Shown here: piece by piece, positions 57,783 to 64,000 of the stretch | Layout: every line of letters begins with the position of its first letter | How positions within the stretch are numbered: position 1 is the first letter of the stretch | Origin: Polyangiaceae bacterium | GTDB taxonomy: Bacteria > Myxococcota_A > Polyangia > Polyangiales > Polyangiaceae | DNA: 64,000 nucleotides | Direction of reading: 5' to 3' | Assembly: GCA_965222375.1 (NCBI GenBank) | Contig: CBDCTZ010000015.1 | Span: 992,001 to 1,056,000 of the forward strand | The notes under the pieces: model-generated | Told to the model about the DNA's origin: nothing | What the model saw: only the letters and a program-made list of their open reading frames with translations | Database searches by the model: none | Translations under genes and position numbers: made by a program

Positions 57783-58724
57783 CTACTCGCCAGAAGGTTT
57801 CTCTGTGGGGCGGTCGATGACGCCAACCTCGAGGGATCTCGCCCGGCCCGACTCGACAAGGACTTTTCTGGGCCTGCCAGAGTAGACCCAAGCGGTCACG
57901 CCTTTCCTCACTTCGAATGTGTCCGTCGGTTTGCCCAGCGCCTGGTCGAGCTCGGCGTAGAAGTCGTCATGCTTATCCTTGCTTGGAAGTGAAGTAGCTT
58001 TCCACCCGACCACCTTTGCCGAGCCGTCGAGGTGAATCGTTAACGTTGGGGTCAAACCGCAACCCATGCCAAATCCCGAGGTCAAGAACAGCTTCGACTT
58101 GGGGCGGTACTTGCCATGGAGTGACTCGGCGAGAGCTGTGAGTTCGTCTGGCGTCGAGCCCAAGAGTGCCTTGGCACCGAACCCCGGTTGCCCCTTCGCC
58201 TCCGCGAAGAACGCACTTCGCGGATAGGACACATCTAGTCTGACCTGCCACGTCTTGTCCTTGTTCCGGCGATCTTGCGGGTTGAATTTGGCCCGAATCT
58301 TCTCGGCGGGATTGGTCCAACAGTAGGTGGACTCGGTTTTGCGCACGGGCTCGCCCCAGGCTTCGATTAGAACCTGGTGAAACTCCTTCTGGGTCTTGTC
58401 TTTGGGATAAACGACATCGATCGTCTTGATGCGACCCAGGTGTGGCCGGACGAACACGGACACGTGCTCGTCGTACTCGGGAGCGGTCACGACGTAGGAA
58501 CCCAAGGCCGGCTCGCCCAACTCGGGCACCACCGAACGCGCTTCGTCCTCTTTCATCAGCAAGCGTAGCTTCGACACGTTCGCTGGAATGGACGGCTTGG
58601 CGCCAAGGAGGTCCTTCAAAGACTTAGTGCTCCCCGATTCTGAACCCCTCTTGCATGCCAACAAAGCGACGAGCACCAGGCCCCCCAACCCAACCCGTGC
58701 AATTCTCACAAACGTGCCCCGCAT
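57783..58724 (-). CDS. Hypothetical lipoprotein
   Basis: MRGTFVRIARVGLGGLVLVALLAC lipobox. Confidence 0.65.
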   Translation of the reverse strand: MRGTFVRIARVGLGGLVLVALLACKRGSESGSTKSLKDLLGAKPSIPANVSKLRLLMKEDEARSVVPELGEPALGSYVVTAPEYDEHVSVFVRPHLGRIKTIDVVYPKDKTQKEFHQVLIEAWGEPVRKTESTYCWTNPAEKIRAKFNPQDRRNKDKTWQVRLDVSYPRSAFFAEAKGQPGFGAKALLGSTPDELTALAESLHGKYRPKSKLFLTSGFGMGCGLTPTLTIHLDGSAKVVGWKATSLPSKDKHDDFYAELDQALGKPTDTFEVRKGVTAWVYSGRPRKVLVESGRARSLEVGVIDRPTEKPSGE

Positions 58725-59157
58725 CTCTGCCTTCTGCTCTGTCACTGCTACGTCTCCGTTCCCCACCGTGCCGGTCCTCTTGCCAGCCCTACCCGACACC
58801 GTGGCCCCTTTTCGCATCTGGGCTGGGCACTCACCCCAACGCCGCCCCCTGGCTGCGCAGCAGACCCATCTGGAGACAGGCGCCGGCGCCAGCGAAGCGT
58901 CCGCCACTGACCCCAGAGTTGTTGCCGGTCAAATTCGGTCTCAGCGTTGACGAAAAACGCACCGGGTACGACCAGCTCCCCCCCAGATTGCGCGCACGCA
59001 AGGCAGACACAAGCGCACTACGCTTGCGAACACCATGCCCGAGCCCGCATCGAGGAAACTCGGGGAATCCAAGGGGCGCACGCGTCTCATCGGCGCGAAT
59101 CTGTCCCAGCGCTGAGACACTCGCGCAACACGCCACCCACGACGCCAGAGGAAGCGC

Positions 59158-60969
59158 TTACAGCCAGGGGTTGACATGCACTGGCGCCGAGCCTCGGCTC
59201 ATCTTGCGAACCCGAAGCGCGAATACGACACACAGCACGGCGACCGCCGCAAAGGAGGCGATGCCGAACAGCGGTTGCAGGGCCGACAAGGTCAACGCGC
59301 CGAGCCCCCACGCCCCCGCCAAGCACACGACCAGAATCGACAATGGCACAACGACCCGTGTCCAGGTGCCGATCACCGCCGCGGGTGTCAGGCGGGGCAA
59401 CGCCCAGCGCACGGTGAGAATGATCGCGGCCAAGACCCACGCTTTCACTTGCACCAGAAACGCACCCGCTGCGATCAGACCGAGAGCATTGCCAGCCGGC
59501 AAGCGCCAACCGCCCAAGAAGAGAATGGCGCCGAGATGTGCGACCACCATGACGTGAAAAGCATCCACCGCCATGGCCAAGCGCGTGCTCGGCACGCCAC
59601 TTTCACCGAGGGTGGGGCGTTCGGGCTCTAGACGAATGACGCCGACGGCAATCAGCAGCAACGCGGCCAGCGATAGCACTGGATTGGTGAATGCAGCCCA
59701 CTCCCAAGGCGCCACACCCTGAGCGTCGACGAGGTCCATGACACGCATGTTCCCTCCGACGAGAACCGCGGTGACCACGGCTAGAAGCACAGGCAGCCGC
59801 AGCCAAACAGCACGCAGTGCGCCCCCAAATCCTTTGAACAGTGACCAGGCTCCGGGAACGATGCCACCGAAAATCAGCCCAGCCACGGTTGAAATGAGCA
59901 TGTAGCTCGCGGCAATCACGGCCAAATCTAGTTCGGTGGCGATCAGGGGCTGGCCGAAGGCGAGCATCGCCGTGCCAGCACTCGCAAGCACGATCACGAG
60001 GTAGCTCATGACTTTGCCCGCGGTGGGTTCAGGAGCAGGCGCGCGGCGTTTCTCACGTCGAAGCTGAGCGACAAGGCGCGGCCCTTCGGCTCCTCGACGT
60101 CGGCGGAGACGGTCGGCCACGAGTCGGCTCAGCCAGGAAAACAGACGAGCAGCGGGAAAGACGAAGATGATCAACAGCAGCGTTGCCGAGGCCACCAGGA
60201 CTCCAGGAATGGCTAAATCCCTGGGCATGCCCCGACGTACGGCGGTCACATCGATGGTGCGCTCCAGTTCCTCCGGGTGGTTTGCGCGCAGCAGTTTGAC
60301 GCGTGCCAGAACGGCTCCAGCGCTGACGCCGAGGTCTGCCGGGTCTCTGAGAATCAATCCTTCGTATTGAACCAGAACATCCTCGACGAGCAGGCCGGCC
60401 GCCTCGGCTCTGCCGCCGCTGACCAGCTCGGTCACTTTCAAGCCGCGCGGCGTCCGCTCGATGGTCATGCCCAGGGCCTTCGCCACGCGCTCGCCTTCCT
60501 TCGCACGCGCATCGCGAACCGCTTGACCCACCGTCGGCCCAGGCAGGTCCAACACCACATCCGTGAGCCGACCCGCCACCGGCGGTGCCCCGGCTTTGCG
60601 GGGAGAAAACGCTGCGACCAGCTCTCCTCGAAACGTGGTGTGAAGCGCGGCGTCGCCCTTTCCACAAAACTGCGCCTCCACGGCGTCGCTGAGCATGAAG
60701 CCCAAGCGCGTTGAGGACGTGCTCGTAGCAGGCACCACAATCCGAACGCCCTTCTCCGTCGGTAGCCCGGGCCGGGACAGCTCGCCCGTGAACGTCAGGG
60801 TCGCCTTGCGCCCCTCGGGCAAGCCGACCCCGCTGACCTTCACGCGATCGCCAACTTCGGCGCGGCCAGGTGTGAGCTCGACCAGCTGGAGCAGGGCTGG
60901 GCCCGCAGCATCCGGGCTACAGCCCAGCAGTCCGCACACAAGGGCCAGGACGAGCAAGAGCAGGCGCAC
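59158..60969 (-). CDS. NuoH-like membrane protein fused to N-terminal lipoprotein, IPT-like and PDZ regions
   Basis: LLGC lipobox; PDZ 'VTELVSGGRAEAAGLLVEDVL'; NuoH motifs 'LVDAQG', 'AILFLGGW', 'VKA..RWALPRL'. Confidence 0.75.
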   Translation of the reverse strand: MRLLLLVLALVCGLLGCSPDAAGPALLQLVELTPGRAEVGDRVKVSGVGLPEGRKATLTFTGELSRPGLPTEKGVRIVVPATSTSSTRLGFMLSDAVEAQFCGKGDAALHTTFRGELVAAFSPRKAGAPPVAGRLTDVVLDLPGPTVGQAVRDARAKEGERVAKALGMTIERTPRGLKVTELVSGGRAEAAGLLVEDVLVQYEGLILRDPADLGVSAGAVLARVKLLRANHPEELERTIDVTAVRRGMPRDLAIPGVLVASATLLLIIFVFPAARLFSWLSRLVADRLRRRRGAEGPRLVAQLRREKRRAPAPEPTAGKVMSYLVIVLASAGTAMLAFGQPLIATELDLAVIAASYMLISTVAGLIFGGIVPGAWSLFKGFGGALRAVWLRLPVLLAVVTAVLVGGNMRVMDLVDAQGVAPWEWAAFTNPVLSLAALLLIAVGVIRLEPERPTLGESGVPSTRLAMAVDAFHVMVVAHLGAILFLGGWRLPAGNALGLIAAGAFLVQVKAWVLAAIILTVRWALPRLTPAAVIGTWTRVVVPLSILVVCLAGAWGLGALTLSALQPLFGIASFAAVAVLCVVFALRVRKMSRGSAPVHVNPWL

Positions 60970-61021
60970 CAGCGGACCTTAGCCTGCAGCCCGAAAATGG
61001 CGAAAAACTCTGCGGTTTTGC

Positions 61022-61133
61022 GGCTCACGCGCCGGGCAGGTTTGGGGGCTCACGCGCCGCAGGTTTGGGGGCTCACGCGCGGCAGGTTTGGGGGCTCACG
61101 CGCCGCAGGTTCGGGGGCTCACGCCCCGGGCAG
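61022..61133. repeat. Intergenic 23-bp tandem repeat (4 full units and 1 partial)
   Basis: GGCTCACGCGCCGCAGGTTTGGG units starting at 61022, 61047, 61070, 61093, 61116. Confidence 0.9.
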
Positions 61134-61904
61134 AAAGTACGAAAGCTCGCTCTCTGCGTCCTTGCCGACTCGCACTCTCACCCCGAACACCTGCTCCAGC
61201 ACTTCCGGGGTCATGGCGGAATCCACGTCCCCTTGGGCCGCCACGCGGCCATCGGACAGCAAGATCACACGATCCGCGAAGCGCGCGGCCTGGGCCAGAT
61301 CGTGGACGACGGCGAGGCATGCTAGCTGCCGTTCGGAGATCTCCCGGCGCACGATTTCGAAAAGCGCCAGGCCGTGGCGCACGTCGAGAAAGGCGGCCGG
61401 CTCATCGAGCAGCAAGATGGCGGCGTCCTGAACCAACGCCCGCGCGATCGTCACCCGCCGGCGCTCACCTCCGGATAGATCGGTCACGCGGCGGCCCCCT
61501 AGGCCACCCAAGTCGCAGGCATCCAGGGCTTTGGACACGGCCTCTTCGTCCCGCGGGCTGCTCAGCATCAGGCCGCTTTGATGCGGCGCACGGCCCATCG
61601 CTACGACCTGCCGCACGGTGAATCCAAAGGCAACGGCGCTGTCCTGGGGCACGACGCCGATACGGCGAGCCACCTCACGTCGTGAGAGACTTGGAAGCGG
61701 CGTGCCCTGGAGGAGCACTTCCCCTGACGTAGGTTCGAGGGTTCCCGCGAGCACTTTGAGTAGAGTGGACTTGCCGGCTCCATTCGCACCGAGCACTGCG
61801 ACGAGCTCCCCCGGATTCAGCTGGAAATCCAGGTCATGCAGCACTCTGCGACCTTCGTAGCCGGCGCTCAGACTGCGTGCCGATAGAGCGGCTTCCTCCG
61901 TCAC
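61119..61904 (-). CDS. ABC transporter ATP-binding subunit (heme/siderophore/cobalamin type)
   Basis: GANGAGKST, LSGGERRR, LLLDEP, VHDL; 'MGRAPH' FecE/HmuV-like. Confidence 0.9.
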   Translation of the reverse strand: MTEEAALSARSLSAGYEGRRVLHDLDFQLNPGELVAVLGANGAGKSTLLKVLAGTLEPTSGEVLLQGTPLPSLSRREVARRIGVVPQDSAVAFGFTVRQVVAMGRAPHQSGLMLSSPRDEEAVSKALDACDLGGLGGRRVTDLSGGERRRVTIARALVQDAAILLLDEPAAFLDVRHGLALFEIVRREISERQLACLAVVHDLAQAARFADRVILLSDGRVAAQGDVDSAMTPEVLEQVFGVRVRVGKDAESELSYFLPGA

Positions 61905-61998
61905 CACCGCACAATAGCCGGCTGCGCCCGAAGTCGGTCTTCCGTTTTTTGGGCCAACCGAGCCGATACGCATAGGTTCGAGACCGGAGACCCCACCG

Positions 61999-62541
61999 AT
62001 GCCCGTCGCCCAGCTATTGAAAGAAATCCGAGAGGCTCAGGCCCAAATCCTTCGCACCATGCCGTACCGAGATTTCGGCTTGGACGGCCACAAGGGCGCC
62101 TCCGACACGGCGGTCCGCGTTGCGGAACAACGCTTGGGGCGGGCCCTGCCCCCCAGCTATCGAGAGTTCCTGCTCCTCTTCGACGGATGGCCCCGATTCT
62201 ACGACGGAGCCACTCTGCTCGGCACCGCCAGTCTCGGGCGCCGCATGTACGACGACCTCGCGCGAGCCGCCTTCGAGGCCGCGGAGACTCCGGAGCCAGA
62301 GCTGGGTCCTCCATCGCGTTTCAAGCCGAAAGTGCTGATTCCGTTTGGGATCGACATGCAAGCCACGACGCTATTCGTGTTCAATCCCACCGCTGTGAGC
62401 GAGTCCGGGGAGTACGAAGTGATTGCCTGGATGAACGAGATTGGCCTCCGGCGTTCGTCCTTTGAGAGCTTCCTGGAGATGATCCTCGAACTCTGCCAGG
62501 CCGAGCAGCACGCGGGCAGCCAGCTCGGCTTCTCGTTCTGA
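61999..62541 (+). CDS. SMI1/KNR4 (SUKH) family protein
   Basis: 'AEQRLGRALPPSYREFLLLFDGW...SFESFLE'. Confidence 0.85.
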   Translation: MPVAQLLKEIREAQAQILRTMPYRDFGLDGHKGASDTAVRVAEQRLGRALPPSYREFLLLFDGWPRFYDGATLLGTASLGRRMYDDLARAAFEAAETPEPELGPPSRFKPKVLIPFGIDMQATTLFVFNPTAVSESGEYEVIAWMNEIGLRRSSFESFLEMILELCQAEQHAGSQLGFSF

Positions 62542-62646
62542 GCTCCGACTGGGGCATCTGGGCGTACGCACAGGCTTGACGCTGTGCGGCATTCCTGATG
62601 AGATGCCATTAGGTGGCCCGTAGGCCGGGCCACTTTCGAGGGCTGA

Positions 62647-63234
62647 ATGTCCGAAACGGAGGAGCGAGAGCAAGCGGTCGCCGTGGAGCGGCGCGTCATT
62701 AAGCGCTACTCCAACCGCAAGCTCTACGACACCAAGGACAGCCGCTACGTGACGCTATTGCAGATAGCGGACATGGTGCGTGCCGGCGAAGACGTCCAGA
62801 TCATCGATAACGCCAGTAAAGAGGACAAAACTGACGTCACTCTGGCGCTGATCATCTCCGAAGAACTCAAGGCTCGGCCTCGGGGCATCCCCCTGCCCAC
62901 CCTCAAAGCGCTGATTCGCCATCGGGGCGAAAAACTGCTGTCTTCTCTCCGGGAAACGCCGATCGGGCGATTGATGAACAAAGAGGCAGGAGAAGGCGAA
63001 ACCATAGAAATTCCGCCACCTTTGGAGGAAGTGTTGTCCGACAGCAAAGACGGCTCCCAAAAAGGGCTCCGAGCGACCATCGAGGCCTGGCAGCACACCA
63101 TCGATGAGCGTATCCGCGCGGTATTACCGAACTTTTCAGCTTTCAAGGAGCTGAAAGACGAGGTTCGGCGGGTGTCCGAGCGCTTGGATGAGCTGGAAAA
63201 ACGGGATCGGGATTCCAGACAATCCAAGGAATAA
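62647..63234 (+). CDS. PhaR-like (PHB accumulation regulator) DNA-binding-domain protein
   Basis: IKRYSNRKLYDT..SRYVTL..I..MV..GEDV.IIDN...D.T. Confidence 0.85.
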   Translation: MSETEEREQAVAVERRVIKRYSNRKLYDTKDSRYVTLLQIADMVRAGEDVQIIDNASKEDKTDVTLALIISEELKARPRGIPLPTLKALIRHRGEKLLSSLRETPIGRLMNKEAGEGETIEIPPPLEEVLSDSKDGSQKGLRATIEAWQHTIDERIRAVLPNFSAFKELKDEVRRVSERLDELEKRDRDSRQSKE

Positions 63235-63280
63235 GCCTTAGGTTTCCAGGGTTCAGGACGTCAGAAGGTCCTTAATCCCC

Positions 63281-63916
63281 GTGAATCAGAATCCCTCAGA
63301 ACCCGACGAGTTCGAGCGCGAATCCCTCCAACACCTCGGCGCCCTGCTGGCCGTCGCCACCCGGCTGACCCGCAACGGCCCCGAGGCGGAAGATCTCGTT
63401 CAAGACGCGCTGGTCAAAGCATTCCGAGCGCGCGAGCAGTTCGCACCGGGCACCAACATGCGCGCCTGGCTGCTGCGCATCGTGACCAATACGTTCATCA
63501 ACCGCTACCGCCGAGGCGGCTTGGAGCGGTCGGTCCTGGAAGGACCGGACGCAGACCCCTTGGCCGATGGCTGGGTCAGCACCTCGAGCATGGCGGCGCT
63601 GCGCGACCCGGAAGGGCAGGCCCTTAGGCGCGTGCTCGAAAAGGAAATCCAGAAGGCCCTCGACGAGTTGCCGGAAGATTTCCGCCTCGCGGTGGTTTTG
63701 GCTGACGTGCAAGAACTCTCCTACAAGGAAATCGGCGAGATCATGGGCTGCCCCATCGGGACGGTGATGTCGCGACTGCACCGCGGGCGGCGCTTGCTCA
63801 AAGCGCGGCTGTACGATCAAGCGCGAGAGCTGGGGATCGTTGGACCCGAAAGCGCTGTTGGCGACGGGCCTGTTGACCTCGCGGACTACCGAGCGAAGAA
63901 AGCGAGCTCGGGATGA
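63281..63916 (+). CDS. ECF sigma-70 factor
   Basis: AEDLVQD..WLLRI..N; LSYKEI.EIMGCPIGTVMSRLHRGR. Confidence 0.93.
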   Translation: MNQNPSEPDEFERESLQHLGALLAVATRLTRNGPEAEDLVQDALVKAFRAREQFAPGTNMRAWLLRIVTNTFINRYRRGGLERSVLEGPDADPLADGWVSTSSMAALRDPEGQALRRVLEKEIQKALDELPEDFRLAVVLADVQELSYKEIGEIMGCPIGTVMSRLHRGRRLLKARLYDQARELGIVGPESAVGDGPVDLADYRAKKASSG

Positions 63917-64000
63917 ACTGTAGGCGCGTACTACCCCTGCTCGATGCCTTCGCCGATGGCGAGCTCGCACCCGACCAGGTTCTGACGGTCGAGCAACACG
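63913..64000 (+). CDS. Zinc-finger (zf-HC2) anti-sigma factor, 5' part
   Basis: ATGA overlap; MNCRRVLPLLDAFADGELAPDQVLTVEQH... Confidence 0.8.
   Translation, partial: MNCRRVLPLLDAFADGELAPDQVLTVEQH

Noticed and set aside
61022..61133. CRISPR array
   Set aside because: Units are contiguous with no unique spacers, and there are no cas genes

Overview
High-GC bacterial DNA, most likely from a myxobacterium (Myxococcota, probably Polyangiales). This is inferred from a MYXO-CTERM sorting signal, a TIGR02266-type PilZ protein, several Hanks-type Ser/Thr kinases, a kinase-PEGA-Cys-rich module and many Gly/Ser-linker lipoproteins. The window holds about 55 CDS, with no rRNA, tRNA or CRISPR seen. Highlights: (1) 27984-31468 is a sigma54-driven radical SAM/SPASM gene resembling PlpX-type tyramine-excising spliceases. 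It is followed by 4 full-length and 1 miniature paralogous zinc-ribbon/lipoprotein substrates; in the four full-length copies every Tyr lies in an X-Y-G-x-P motif. (2) Divergently, 27065-27808 is an exported beta-barrel-like protein split by an in-frame TGA right after an AQA signal-peptide cleavage site, with an fdhF-like SECIS hairpin at fdhF-like spacing, so it is a candidate unannotated selenoprotein. (3) 33379-43332 is a sigma54 copper/heme operon (porin-cytochrome, CX4CH lipoprotein, cupredoxins, pseudokinase-beta-propeller-azurin fusion) next to an IS1182-like element. (4) 52443-60969 holds degenerate NuoH/L/M-like membrane proteins fused to extracytoplasmic domains. Also present: a frameshifted PEGA gene, a tandem lipoprotein duplication carrying a ykgJ remnant, an MNT-HEPN pair, an AT-rich perfect palindrome and a 23-bp tandem repeat. 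All calls come from reading motifs by eye; no searches were run.
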